This document shows, piece after piece, positions 46,249-56,453 of a DNA stretch of 64,000 nucleotides. Position numbers and translations under genes: made by a program. Position 1 is the stretch's first letter, and the number at the start of each line of letters is the position of its first letter. The stretch spans positions 194,557-258,556 of the forward strand of contig CBDAPB010000032.1 in assembly GCA_965198265.1 (NCBI GenBank), given 5' to 3'. The notes beneath the pieces were generated by a model that was not told where the DNA came from, ran no database searches, and worked only from the letters and a program-made list of their open reading frames with translations. Origin of the DNA: Terriglobia bacterium. GTDB lineage: Bacteria > Acidobacteriota > Terriglobia > 20CM-2-55-15.

Positions 46249-47682
46249 ATGACACCGACATCCGGCAAGGTACTGATCGACGGTGACTGGATCGACGTCG
46301 CCCAGACGAGGCCGGTCATCAACCCCGCGCGGAATACCGAGACCGTCGGAGAGGTCGGGCTCTGCGGAAACGACGAGGTGGATCGTGCCCTGGAAGCCGC
46401 GGCCTCCGCCTTCGACAAGTGGTCGCGATTCAGTCCCGCCGATCGAGCGGAAAGGCTGACGTCTGCCGCCGCGGCCCTTGATGAGTCGCTGCCCGATCTC
46501 ACCCCTCTGTTCGCCCGAGAGAACGGGAAGCCGCTCGCCGAAGCCGAGCGGGATATCCGGCGATCGATCGAGATGATGGAAATTGTCGCTCGGGACCTTC
46601 CGGTCTGGAGCGCGCCAGCGTTGATCGATTCCGGGCAGCCGGTTTGGATGCGGAAGCGGCCGCGCGGCGTGACGGCGGTCATCTCGCCATGGAACTCGCC
46701 GGTCCTGCTCAGCTTTCGGCGCTTCGTGCCTGCGGTGGGCGGTGGAAACACTGTTGTCGTCAAACCGGCCAGCTATTGCCCGCTGACGGTCATGGAATGT
46801 TTCCGGATCATCCAAGCGCAGTTTCCGGCAGGCGTCCTGAACCTGGTCACCGGAGCGGGCGGCATGGTTGGAGAAGGCCTCGTCCGGGACGCTCGCGTTG
46901 CGACCGTCGCATTCACCGGTGGCACGGAAACCGGCCGGCGGATCATCGAAGCCACCGCACCAACGGTCAAGAAACTGTTCCTGGAACTCGGCGGGAACGA
47001 TCCGGCGGTCGTTCTCGAAGATGCCGTCTTGGATGAATCCGCCATCGAACGGATGACGCGTGCGATCCTGCGGGCCACCGGCCAGGTCTGCGTGGCCATC
47101 AAACGAATCTACGTTCAAGAGTCGCGTGAAGAGGAACTGCTCGAAAAGCTCATGGCGTCGTTCGAGCGGACCGTCGTCGGCGATCCACTTCAGAGTGAAA
47201 CGACGATGGGACCGCTCAACAACAAACCCCAGTTCGATTTCGTCAGCGGCCTGATCGAAGAAGCGCGCGCAACCGGGAGCGATGTCCGCAGTCTCGGAAG
47301 GAAACTCGACCCCAATTCCTGGAGGGATGGCTACTTCATGTTGCCGGCCATCGTCGCCGACGCCGGCCACGCTGACACCCTGGTCGGTTGTGAACAGTTC
47401 GGACCGGTGATCCCCCTCGTCTCATTCAATGACGAGGACCAGGCGGTGGAGTGGTCGAACGACACACCGTACGGCCTACGGGCTTCGGTGTGGACCTCGG
47501 ACCGGACCCGCGCGGAAAACCTCGCCGACCGAATCCGCGCCGGGGCTGTCTTTCACAACAACCACGGCATTTTCCAGGATCTTCACGTGGAGTTTCCCGG
47601 CCTCAAGCAGAGCGGGCTCAGCCGGGAGTCGCGCTCGATGGGATTGGATCACTATACGGATTCGTATGGGTTCGCGGATTGA
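46249..47682 (+). CDS. Aldehyde dehydrogenase family protein
   Basis: Catalytic Cys and Glu context, FTGGTETG motif. Start taken at MTPTSGK. Confidence 0.9.
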   Translation: MTPTSGKVLIDGDWIDVAQTRPVINPARNTETVGEVGLCGNDEVDRALEAAASAFDKWSRFSPADRAERLTSAAAALDESLPDLTPLFARENGKPLAEAERDIRRSIEMMEIVARDLPVWSAPALIDSGQPVWMRKRPRGVTAVISPWNSPVLLSFRRFVPAVGGGNTVVVKPASYCPLTVMECFRIIQAQFPAGVLNLVTGAGGMVGEGLVRDARVATVAFTGGTETGRRIIEATAPTVKKLFLELGGNDPAVVLEDAVLDESAIERMTRAILRATGQVCVAIKRIYVQESREEELLEKLMASFERTVVGDPLQSETTMGPLNNKPQFDFVSGLIEEARATGSDVRSLGRKLDPNSWRDGYFMLPAIVADAGHADTLVGCEQFGPVIPLVSFNDEDQAVEWSNDTPYGLRASVWTSDRTRAENLADRIRAGAVFHNNHGIFQDLHVEFPGLKQSGLSRESRSMGLDHYTDSYGFAD

Positions 47683-47710
47683 TGGGGGAGTCGTCAGTTC
47701 GGGAAAAGAG

Positions 47711-47783
47711 ACGAGTAACAAGTGACGGGTGACGAGCAAGAGCGGGGTTTCGACTTGTCACTTGTCACTCTTCACTCGTCACC
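47711..47783. repeat. Heptamer-repeat palindromic element, GTGAC-type 7-mers
   Basis: GTAACAA GTGACGG GTGACGA ... CTTGTCA CTTGTCA CTCTTCA CTCGTCA, between the ALDH and MFS genes. Confidence 0.75.
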
Positions 47784-47815
47784 AGAGCGAAACGGTGATA
47801 GAAGAAAGCCCCTGA

Positions 47816-49081
47816 ATGAGCCAATCCGCCACAATTCCGGAGCATCCAGCCCAACCATGGTGGCGTGAAATCTCGTCGCCTCAACGAAAGGCCCTGATCG
47901 CGGCGACGCTTGGGTGGGTTCTGGACAGTATGGACGTCCTTCTCTATGCGATCGTCCTGGGCCACCTCATTGAGTACTTCGGGATGTCGTTCGCGATGGG
48001 CGGGTTCCTCAACTCCCTGACGCTGATGTCGTCGGCGATCGGAGGTGTCGCCTTCGGGCTCATCGCCGACCGGCTGGGCCGTGTCCGGGCGATGATGATG
48101 AGCATCCTCGTCTACTCGATCTTCACTGCGGCCTGCGGCTTCTCGCAGACCATCACCCAGTTGGCGATCTTCCGTATCCTCCTGGGCCTCGGTGTGGGTG
48201 GGGAATGGAGCACCGGCGCTGCGCTGATCTCGGAAACGTGGCCGGCCCGGCATCGGGGCAAGGCGTTTGGAATCATGCAGAGCGGCTTCGCCGTCGGATA
48301 CGCATTGGCTGCACTTGCCGCGGCCATTGTCTTGCCGTTATGGGGTTGGCGTGCCGTTTTTTTTGTGGGCGTCCTACCCGCTCTGTTTACGCTCTGGATA
48401 CGCCGGAACGTCGAGGAGCCGGCTGAATGGCTGGAGACCCGTCAGGAAATCGCCGCGGCGAAGCGTGACGCACCCTCGCTGGGACAGCTCCTCAAGCCGG
48501 GCATCCGGCGTTGGGTTGTCGTGTCGTCGATGGTAAGCATCTGCGCAATGTTTGCCAGTTGGGGTCTGTTTCTGTGGATTCCTCCACTACTCTCGCTGTC
48601 GACCGAGCAGGGAGGTGCGGGGCTGGGCAACTTTCAGTTCAACATGTTTCTGCTGGTCATGCACACGGGCAGCTTTGCAGGCTACCTGACCTTCGGCGCA
48701 CTCGCCGACCGCTTCAGTAGGAAGAAGATCTACATCAGCTACGTGTTTCTTGCCGCCATCCTAGTCCCGATCTACAGCGCGACACGCGATCCGATGGCCC
48801 TGCTCTTCATCGGGCCACTAATCGGCTTCTTCGGCGCTGGGCATTTTGCCGGGTTTGGCATCATCACCGGCGAGTTGTTTCCGACTCACATCCGGGCAAC
48901 CGCACAGGGATTCACCTACAACATCGGCCGGGGTGTCAGTGCGCTGGCGCCATTCACAATCGGTAAGCTCGTAGACATGTATGGGTTCACCGCCGCTTTT
49001 CAGGCGACGGCCGTGATGTACCTGCTGACGGGAATCTGTCTTTTCATGTTCCCGGAAACCCGGGGAAGGAACACCGATTGA
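47816..49081 (+). CDS. MFS transporter
   Basis: 12 transmembrane helices and MFS loop motifs. Confidence 0.9.
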   Translation: MSQSATIPEHPAQPWWREISSPQRKALIAATLGWVLDSMDVLLYAIVLGHLIEYFGMSFAMGGFLNSLTLMSSAIGGVAFGLIADRLGRVRAMMMSILVYSIFTAACGFSQTITQLAIFRILLGLGVGGEWSTGAALISETWPARHRGKAFGIMQSGFAVGYALAALAAAIVLPLWGWRAVFFVGVLPALFTLWIRRNVEEPAEWLETRQEIAAAKRDAPSLGQLLKPGIRRWVVVSSMVSICAMFASWGLFLWIPPLLSLSTEQGGAGLGNFQFNMFLLVMHTGSFAGYLTFGALADRFSRKKIYISYVFLAAILVPIYSATRDPMALLFIGPLIGFFGAGHFAGFGIITGELFPTHIRATAQGFTYNIGRGVSALAPFTIGKLVDMYGFTAAFQATAVMYLLTGICLFMFPETRGRNTD

Positions 49082-49148
49082 GACCGTCTTGCACCGTTGA
49101 CGGTCTCAGGGAGAGCGCCCATCGAGGTCATGCCTGAACCGGACACAG

Positions 49149-49652
49149 GTGCGCACAAGCCCGTTCCCGATCCGCCCGTGCCGGACCCGTACTCGACAAT
49201 CAGTCTGGGGAGCATTGTTCGTACTCGTGCTCGTTGCGCCGGTAACCGAAGAATTCCTGTTTCGTGGCCTGATTCTTCAGGGTTTCCTGGCGCGTTACTC
49301 GGCAACCAAAGCCGTGTTCTGGTCGGCTCTTCTCTTTGCCCTATTCCATCTGAACCCCTGGCAGTTTGCCGGCGCCCTCGTGCTCGGCCTTCTATTCGGA
49401 TGGGTCGTGGTGCAGACGGGCACTCTCGTCCCGGGCGTGATCGGACACGCAGTGGCCAACGGTTGGCCCCTCGTCCTCGGCGTGCTCGACATCGAGATCC
49501 AAGGTTTCAACAGGATGGGGGAATCGGTGGAGTTCCAGCCGTGGTGGATGAATCTGACCGGATTCTTACTCGTGCTCTTCGGCCTCTTTCTCCTGAAAGG
49601 TACCCTGCGCGCGGAACGAGCGGGCGCTGCAAGCCCGACGGCCAGCCTCTGA
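49149..49652 (+). CDS. CPBP family intramembrane glutamic endopeptidase (CAAX protease-like), short form
   Basis: EEFLFRG, FALFHL and HAVANG motifs. Start uncertain. Confidence 0.6.
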   Translation: MRTSPFPIRPCRTRTRQSVWGALFVLVLVAPVTEEFLFRGLILQGFLARYSATKAVFWSALLFALFHLNPWQFAGALVLGLLFGWVVVQTGTLVPGVIGHAVANGWPLVLGVLDIEIQGFNRMGESVEFQPWWMNLTGFLLVLFGLFLLKGTLRAERAGAASPTASL

Positions 49653-49837
49653 TACAATCGGGCACTTGAACCAGCGTCTCGATGAGGCGTAGCCCGTTAT
49701 GCCTGCCAAAACGAGAATTTTGTACCGGTACCTGCATAACGGGCCAGGCGCCTACGGCGCCGCCGCGAGGAAGCGGCGCGCGGCTGGCGACGCCGCGCAA
49801 GCGAACGAGCCGGGGTCCGGGGCAGAGCCCCGGCTAG

Positions 49838-50332
49838 TTAGAAGAGGGGTGGAGCGCACCGCCGGACCGACGCGCGGTCTCGCGCCTGGTCGAAGATCTC
49901 CGATACAGGCTGGTTCCGCGCCGGATCGATGACGTCGGGCGCAATCTCGGCCAGGGGCTCGAGAACGAAGCGGCGGGCGGTGTAGCGTGGATGGGGAATC
50001 GTTACCGCCTCGCTTTGAATAACGCGGTCACCGAAGAGGATGATGTCGATGTCCAGCGTCCGGGGACCGTTGGTTTCCTGACGGGTTCGCTTTCGAGATT
50101 TCTCGATGTCCAGGCAAACACCCAGAAGCGCTTCAAGATCGAGCTCGGTTACCGCTTCCACGACCGTGTTAAGGAACCAGGGTTGGGCGTGCATTTCCTT
50201 GGGTTCAGTGGAGTATATCGACGCACCCCGGACGAGACGCACCCCGCGGCGGGGAAGCTCGTCGATTGCAGCGCGCAGGTGGGCCTGACGGTCTCCGAGG
50301 TTCGAACCGAGGGCGAGAAAACAGCGCGTCAT
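49838..50332 (-). CDS. folK: 2-amino-4-hydroxy-6-hydroxymethyldihydropteridine diphosphokinase
   Basis: ALGSNLGDR start and HPPK family pattern. Confidence 0.85.
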   Translation of the reverse strand: MTRCFLALGSNLGDRQAHLRAAIDELPRRGVRLVRGASIYSTEPKEMHAQPWFLNTVVEAVTELDLEALLGVCLDIEKSRKRTRQETNGPRTLDIDIILFGDRVIQSEAVTIPHPRYTARRFVLEPLAEIAPDVIDPARNQPVSEIFDQARDRASVRRCAPPLF

Positions 50333-50383
50333 GATCGTATTAAAGCACGCCGGACACAATCTCCATTTGAGGTATATCCCGCT

Positions 50384-51196
50384 ATGAGGAAAATCAGCTT
50401 CATCCTAAGCCTTGTCGCCCTGCTGGCAGCCTGTCAGTCGCCGCCACCGCCAGAGCCGGCGGCGGCCCCGTCCGGCATTCTCGAGGGCATTGCCGACGGA
50501 AGCACGCGGGTCGTGGACATGACGCACGCGCTGAATTCGGCCAACCCGTACTGGCCCGGAGAGGGCTATGCGCCGTTCGCCTACGAAGTTTTCGAAACGA
50601 TCGAAGAGAACGGCGCCCTGGCGGCGCGCTTTATGATGGCCGAGCACACCGGCACGCACCTGGACGCGCCGAACCATTTCGTGGAGGGCCAGGCCTCGAT
50701 TGACAGTATTCCGCTTCAGCAACTGATCGTCTCCGCTGTCGTCATCGACGCTCGCGCTGCCGTGGCAGAAAACCCGGACTACCTGCTCACGACCGAAGAC
50801 GTCCTGAACTGGGAAAGCGCCAACGGACGGATCGAACCGAATACCTTCGTTTTCATGTATACGGGCTGGGACGAGCGCTGGACGGATTACGACAGCTACA
50901 AGAACGCCGACGAAAACGGAACCCTGCACTTCCCGGGTTTCTCGCCTGAGGCGGCAGAACTGCTCGTCGAGCGCGACGTGGCAGGACTCGGTATCGACAC
51001 GCTCAGCGTCGACTACGGCCTGTCGGAAGGCTTCGACGTCCACCACGTCACCAACGCACGGGACAAGTATCACCTGGAGAACGTGGCCAACCTCGGCGAG
51101 CTCCCGCCGACGGGCACTCATCTCATCGTTGCGCCGATCAAGATCGACAACGGTACCGGCGGCCCGACGCGAATCTATGCGCTCCTGGGGAATTGA
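50384..51196 (+). CDS. Cyclase family lipoprotein (kynurenine formamidase-like fold)
   Basis: Lipobox LLAAC, HxGTHxDxPxH motif. Confidence 0.85.
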   Translation: MRKISFILSLVALLAACQSPPPPEPAAAPSGILEGIADGSTRVVDMTHALNSANPYWPGEGYAPFAYEVFETIEENGALAARFMMAEHTGTHLDAPNHFVEGQASIDSIPLQQLIVSAVVIDARAAVAENPDYLLTTEDVLNWESANGRIEPNTFVFMYTGWDERWTDYDSYKNADENGTLHFPGFSPEAAELLVERDVAGLGIDTLSVDYGLSEGFDVHHVTNARDKYHLENVANLGELPPTGTHLIVAPIKIDNGTGGPTRIYALLGN

Positions 51197-52868
51197 TGGG
51201 CCGCGCCTCCTGATCTTGTTGGCCGCGGCGATCGGGTTTCCCGGCGCAGGAGCAGCCGCCGACCTCCGTCTCGCATACGACATCGGCATCGAGCCCGGCT
51301 CGCGGGAGATCCCGGTCTCGGTGAGGGTCGAGGGCATCGAGGCCGATTCTCTCCGGATTCGACTGACCGCGGACTACGGGGGGATCGCGGACTACTACAC
51401 CACGGTGGGTGATCTTCGGGTCGACGGGGAACCTTTGGAGCCGCCTGGTTCCTGGGTGGTCCTCGTCCCGACGGCCGGCAAAGATTCCCTCACGATCTCC
51501 TACCGGCTCCATCTCTCGGGCTTTGATCGATCGCGGGGCCGCACGCTGCCGATGATCGATGCCACTCATGCGTTCATCCCCGGCGCGTCGACACTGATCT
51601 ATCCGGACCAGGCCCCCGTCGACGAGGTACGCGTCCGCTTCACACGGCCCGAAGATTGGGGTCTGGCTACGAGTTGGGGCGTCGGCGACACGGAATACCG
51701 GTTTAACGGGTCGGACCTGGACGAACTGATCTATTCCTTCTCTGTGGCCGGCGACTACCGGTTCGAGACCACCCGGTTTGACGATGTCGAAATCCATACC
51801 GCTTTCCGCGGCGACGGCGTGAGCGACGATGACGATGTTCGCCGCTTTCTTTTGAGGGTCCTCGACACTCACCGGGACACTTTCGGGATGATCCCGTTCC
51901 GACGGCTCCTGGTGGTGGGGAACTTCTTCTACGAAAACGGCGTGACATCCGGCAACGCGTTCCACAACAGCATCAACCTCGTGATGCCTCGCGATCGGAG
52001 GCTCTCGGACCACGTCGCTTTCCGAAACCTGATCGCTCACGAATCGTTCCACTTGTGGAGCGGTGGTGACGGGCTGCTGGGATACAGGGATTATGACGTG
52101 CTCTGGGTCAGTGAGGGGGTCACCGATTACTACGCTCAAAAGAACCTGCTGCGCGCCGGGCTCATCTCGGAAGAAGAAATGCTCGCCGAACTCGCCGGCA
52201 AGTATCGACGCCTGAATGCGAGCTTCCTGCGCGGAACTTCACTGCGGGAAGCCGGAAACCGCTACTTCGAGGACTCGCGAGCCCGCAACCTCGTCTACAC
52301 CAAGGGCGCGCTGGCTGGCTTCCTGATCGACACCTACCTGGGCTCGAAAGGCGAAACCCAACTGGACGACGTCATGCGCAACCTGGCCCGGAACCGCAAC
52401 AATGCCGAGCGGGGCGAGTTGTATGGTTACGCGGACGTCCTCGAAGCCTTGAACGATGTCGGCGGCGCCGAACTCGTCACCCTGCTCCAGCGGTTCTCCG
52501 GCGAAGGCTACCGTGGAACTCTGGAGGGCGCGATGGCCGACGCAGGATACCGGATCGAACGAATCGCGGAGGAAGGCTATTCGCTGGGCATCTTCGACGC
52601 GGGGGATCCCGGAGGTCAGGCCGCGGTTCGGGCCCTAGATCGGGAGGGACCGGCGTGGGTTGCCGGGGTCCGGGAGAATGATGTCGTCGTCGAACTCGCT
52701 GGTATCCCCATCCCGGATCGGGGCAGGCTCGAGGAAGAACTACGCCGCATATCAAACGGAAACGGCGACGATGTTCGGCTCATCGTTCGGCGCGGCACCG
52801 AACAGATCGAGTTCCTGCTGCGGCCGGAGGGTTTCTACAGGTACCGGTTCACCCGATCCGTTCAGTAG
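51177..52868 (+). CDS. M61 family (glycyl aminopeptidase-like) metallopeptidase with C-terminal PDZ domain
   Basis: HESFHLW HExxH motif. PDZ-like C-terminal region. Signal peptide after the internal Met. Confidence 0.8.
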   Translation: MRSWGIDGPRLLILLAAAIGFPGAGAAADLRLAYDIGIEPGSREIPVSVRVEGIEADSLRIRLTADYGGIADYYTTVGDLRVDGEPLEPPGSWVVLVPTAGKDSLTISYRLHLSGFDRSRGRTLPMIDATHAFIPGASTLIYPDQAPVDEVRVRFTRPEDWGLATSWGVGDTEYRFNGSDLDELIYSFSVAGDYRFETTRFDDVEIHTAFRGDGVSDDDDVRRFLLRVLDTHRDTFGMIPFRRLLVVGNFFYENGVTSGNAFHNSINLVMPRDRRLSDHVAFRNLIAHESFHLWSGGDGLLGYRDYDVLWVSEGVTDYYAQKNLLRAGLISEEEMLAELAGKYRRLNASFLRGTSLREAGNRYFEDSRARNLVYTKGALAGFLIDTYLGSKGETQLDDVMRNLARNRNNAERGELYGYADVLEALNDVGGAELVTLLQRFSGEGYRGTLEGAMADAGYRIERIAEEGYSLGIFDAGDPGGQAAVRALDREGPAWVAGVRENDVVVELAGIPIPDRGRLEEELRRISNGNGDDVRLIVRRGTEQIEFLLRPEGFYRYRFTRSVQ

Positions 52869-52906
52869 AGGGAACACGCCGGCCCAAAACGAGGATCATC
52901 TCCGAA

Positions 52907-53464
52907 ATGAAGACAACCCTGACAACGACTCCCCTGAAGGATCTGGTTGTTATCGATATCGACTACTTCGAAGACGAACGGGGCTTTTTCATCGAGTCGT
53001 GGCATCAGCGAGATTTCGCCGCCGCCGGTCTGGATCTGACGTTCGTCCAGGAGGGCCATTCCCGCTCCGGGAAGGGCGTGCTGCGAGGCCTGCACTACCA
53101 GGACACGACCGCACCCATGGCCAAGCTTCTCCGCTGCACTGTCGGCCGGATATTCGACGTTGCCGTGGATCTTCGGATGAGCTCGCCCACTTTCGGAAAA
53201 TGGCTCGGCGTCGAGCTGAGTGCGGAAAACAAGCGGCAGATCTACGTCCCCGTCGGGTTCGCGCACGGCTTCGCGACCCTGTCCGACGTGGCCGAGGTTC
53301 AGTACAAGCAGACCGGGTTCTACACTCCTCCGTCGGAGGGAGGGATCCGATGGAACGACCCCGATGTCGGGGTGGACTGGCCGATCAAGGACCCGACCCT
53401 CTCCGAACGCGACCGGACCAGCCAGAGCCTGGCCGAATACCGGACGAGCCCCGCGTTTCCCTGA
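52907..53464 (+). CDS. rfbC: dTDP-4-dehydrorhamnose 3,5-epimerase
   Basis: RmlC cupin motifs (RGLHYQ, catalytic His and Tyr context). Confidence 0.9.
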   Translation: MKTTLTTTPLKDLVVIDIDYFEDERGFFIESWHQRDFAAAGLDLTFVQEGHSRSGKGVLRGLHYQDTTAPMAKLLRCTVGRIFDVAVDLRMSSPTFGKWLGVELSAENKRQIYVPVGFAHGFATLSDVAEVQYKQTGFYTPPSEGGIRWNDPDVGVDWPIKDPTLSERDRTSQSLAEYRTSPAFP

Positions 53465-53465
53465 G

Positions 53466-53575
53466 CTGCTGACGATTGGCTGTTAGCGATTGGCTAACTG
53501 CGTTAAGCCCTCAGTGTTCAGCTATCAGCTCCGATAGCCAAGAGCTAAAAGCCGAAAGCCAACAGCTGAACCCTT
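53466..53575. repeat. Heptamer-repeat element, TCAGCT/AGCTGA-type 7-mers, plus GATTGGCT direct repeats
   Basis: AGCCAAG AGCTAAA AGCCGAA AGCCAAC AGCTGAA array, opposed by TTCAGCT ATCAGCT and GATTGGCT x2. After the rmlC stop. Confidence 0.7.
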
Positions 53576-53624
53576 CGGGTGATATAGTGCCGAAACCCAA
53601 CCCACAGCCTGGAGGTTCGCTTCC

Positions 53625-55343
53625 ATGACCGACCGCGCATTTTTGCCGCTGGTTCTGTGTGTCGCAGCGCTGGGGCTGTCGTTCGCCTGCACCCCGACAC
53701 CCAATGGCCCACCGCCGGATCTCATCGCCTACAACGGACACATCGTGACTCTCGACCCCCAGGCCACCGAGGCCGAAGCCGTCGCTGTGGCAGACGGACG
53801 CGTGGTCGCCGTCGGGCCCGACGCCCGAATTCGCGCCCTTGCCGGTCCGGGGACCGAAGAGATCGATCTGGCCGGGCGCACAATGGTACCCGGCCTGGCG
53901 GATAATCATTTCCACGGGTTGGGCGGTGGAAGCGGGGTCGACCTGTCTCGCGCCCGGAACCTTCAGGATGTCCATGACGCGATCGCGGCGCGGGCCGCCC
54001 AGACCCCGGCCGGAGGGATCATCCGCACGAACAGCGACTGGCACGAGGGGCAGCTCGTCGAACAGCGACTCCCCTACCGGGACGACCTGGATCGGGCCGC
54101 GCCCGACCATGCGGTCGTCGTCGTCCGTGGCGGACACGAATACGTCCTGAACACCGCTGCGCTGGCACGCTGGGACATCACCGCGGCGACCCCCGAGCCC
54201 GAAGGCGGGGTGATCGGGCGGTATGACGACGGCAGACTGAATGGCGAGCTCGTCGACCGCGCAAAAAGCTTGGCGCGGCTGCCCCGCGGCAGCGAGGAAC
54301 GGCCGGACTACGAAGAGCGACTCATGGCGCTCGCCGCGGGGCTTCGAACTCTGAATGAAGCGGGTCTGACCAGCGTACGGTACGGGAGTGGTTCCCCCGA
54401 CAGGTACCGAATGCTCGTGGACCTGAAGGAGCGCGGGCTTTTGACCATCCGCGCCAGCGTCCTTTTCCGACTGGGCGGATCAACCGACCCCGCCACGCTC
54501 GGCGAGACCTTTTCGGAGTGGGGAATCGGACCGGACGACGGCGACGAATGGGTGCGCGTCGCCGGCATTAAACTGGGCGTCGACGGTGGCTTCGAGGGCG
54601 GCTGGATGCGAGAGCCGTACGAAGAACCCTGGGGAAAAGACGGGACGTTCACTGGCCTGCAGATTTTCCCGACGGAGCCCTACATCGCACTCGTTCGGGC
54701 ATTGAACACCAAGGGCTGGCGCGTCGCGACCCACGCCGTAGGCGATGCCGCGATGGATCTCGTCCTGGACGCATACGAAGCGGCTCATGCGGACTCCCCA
54801 ATCACGGGCAAGCGATGGGCTATCGAACACGCGTTCGTTGCCGGAGAGGACCAGTTTCCCCGGATGAGGGCGCTCGGGCTGCACGTTTCCGCACAAAACC
54901 ACCTCTACGTCGCCGCTCCGAGCCTCCGCAAGTATTGGGGCCGGGACCGGGCCGACCGCGTCACGCCAGTCCGGGCCTATGTGGACGCCGGCCTGGACGT
55001 CTCGCTGGGCACCGATTCGCCCGTTATTCCATACCAGCCGATGTGGGTCCTGTATCACTTCATCACGCGGGACACGATCAGCGCCGGAGTCGCCGGTCCC
55101 GAGCAGAAGGTCGGACGCGAAGAAGCCCTGCGCCTGATGTCGCTCGGCAACGCGCGTTTGACTTTCCAGGAAGACATCAAGGGATCGATCGAAGAGGGGA
55201 AGCTCGCCGACATGATCGTGCTTTCGGACGACATTCTCACCTGTGCCGAGGAGCAAATCGAAGACATTCGAGTCCTGATGACGATCGTCGGAGGGGAGGT
55301 GGTTTACCGGGACGCCGACCTTACCACTCAAGCTGCAAACTAG
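53625..55343 (+). CDS. Amidohydrolase family (amidohydrolase 3) lipoprotein
   Basis: Lipobox, HFHGLGG metal-binding motif and TIM-barrel amidohydrolase pattern. Confidence 0.85.
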   Translation: MTDRAFLPLVLCVAALGLSFACTPTPNGPPPDLIAYNGHIVTLDPQATEAEAVAVADGRVVAVGPDARIRALAGPGTEEIDLAGRTMVPGLADNHFHGLGGGSGVDLSRARNLQDVHDAIAARAAQTPAGGIIRTNSDWHEGQLVEQRLPYRDDLDRAAPDHAVVVVRGGHEYVLNTAALARWDITAATPEPEGGVIGRYDDGRLNGELVDRAKSLARLPRGSEERPDYEERLMALAAGLRTLNEAGLTSVRYGSGSPDRYRMLVDLKERGLLTIRASVLFRLGGSTDPATLGETFSEWGIGPDDGDEWVRVAGIKLGVDGGFEGGWMREPYEEPWGKDGTFTGLQIFPTEPYIALVRALNTKGWRVATHAVGDAAMDLVLDAYEAAHADSPITGKRWAIEHAFVAGEDQFPRMRALGLHVSAQNHLYVAAPSLRKYWGRDRADRVTPVRAYVDAGLDVSLGTDSPVIPYQPMWVLYHFITRDTISAGVAGPEQKVGREEALRLMSLGNARLTFQEDIKGSIEEGKLADMIVLSDDILTCAEEQIEDIRVLMTIVGGEVVYRDADLTTQAAN

Positions 55344-55445
55344 TCGCTACTCGCGACGGAAAAACCGGGCTTCTCCCGAACCGCCAACATGGTATTCTTC
55401 GGCGCGCCCGTCGGCGCTGATGCTACAAACCAAGGAGTCCAAGAT

Positions 55446-56333
55446 ATGGAACGAAAAAAAGCCAGCGACTTCGACCAGGAACTTCTTAACCTTTTCGACC
55501 GCTATATCCATGGTGGGATCACCCGGCGCCAGTTCTTCGACGGCGCGGCGAAGTTCGCCGTGGGCGGTGTGACCGCTGCAGCCCTCGTGGAGAGCCTCCT
55601 CCCCCGCTACGCCGAAGCCCAGCAGGTCGCGCCGGACGACTCGCGGCTGAATGCAGAGTACGTCGAGTACGAATCCCCGCAGGGCGGCGGGACCATCAAG
55701 GGCCTCCTGGCACGTCCGGCCAGCGCCAGCGGCAGGCTGCCGGGAATCGTCGTCATCCACGAGAACCGGGGCCTCAACCCCCACATCGAAGACGTGACGA
55801 GGCGCGCTGCGCTTGCCGGGTTCATCGCGTTCGGACCGGATGCACTGACCCCGCTGGGCGGTTATCCGGGTAACGACGACGACGGAAGGACGATGCAGCG
55901 GCAGCGTGACGGCGCCGAGATGCTCGAGGATTTTGTCGCTGCCGCCGCCTTCCTGAAATCACATCCCGAATGCACGGGTACGATCGGCGCCGTTGGTTTC
56001 TGCTTCGGCGGCAGCATGACCAACAGGCTCGCCGTACGAATCCCGGACCTGGCGGCCGCGGTGCCATTCTACGGGGGACAGCCATCGGCCGAAGACGTGC
56101 GGAAGATCAACGCGCCACTCCTGCTCCACTACGCGGAGATGGATCAGCGGATCAACGCGGGCTGGCCGGCGTATGAGGAAGCCCTGAAGGCCAACCACAA
56201 GACGTACACCGCACACATGTACCCGGCGACGAATCACGGCTTCCACAACGACACGACACCCCGGTTCGACGAAGAGGCGGCCAAGCTGGCCTGGGAGCGG
56301 ACAATCGCCTTCTTCAACGAGCACCTGCGGTAG
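55446..56333 (+). CDS. Dienelactone hydrolase family protein with Tat signal
   Basis: RRQFFDG twin-arginine motif, DLH fold (GFCFGG nucleophile). AAGGAG ribosome-binding site. Confidence 0.85.
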   Translation: MERKKASDFDQELLNLFDRYIHGGITRRQFFDGAAKFAVGGVTAAALVESLLPRYAEAQQVAPDDSRLNAEYVEYESPQGGGTIKGLLARPASASGRLPGIVVIHENRGLNPHIEDVTRRAALAGFIAFGPDALTPLGGYPGNDDDGRTMQRQRDGAEMLEDFVAAAAFLKSHPECTGTIGAVGFCFGGSMTNRLAVRIPDLAAAVPFYGGQPSAEDVRKINAPLLLHYAEMDQRINAGWPAYEEALKANHKTYTAHMYPATNHGFHNDTTPRFDEEAAKLAWERTIAFFNEHLR

Positions 56334-56360
56334 GCGCGTGATCCTCCGGATCAAGCGAGC

Positions 56361-56452
56361 GATCAGCGGTCAGCCTTCAGCTACTTCCGAAACGGGACGA
56401 TAGTCCCATCCGATTGAGCTGACAGCTGATAGCTTACGGCTGATAGCTGATC
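56361..56452. repeat. Heptamer-repeat palindromic element, (NNTCAGC)3 arm / (GCTGANN)5 arm
   Basis: GATCAGC GGTCAGC CTTCAGC ... GCTGACA GCTGATA GCTTACG GCTGATA GCTGATC. Ends at the mltG stop codon. Confidence 0.8.
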
Positions 56453-56453
56453 C

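Noticed and set aside
49097-49669. A 190-aa ORF overlapping the CPBP protease gene
   Set aside because: An alternate frame of the same region with Arg/Pro-rich composition. The CPBP frame carries the three family motifs.
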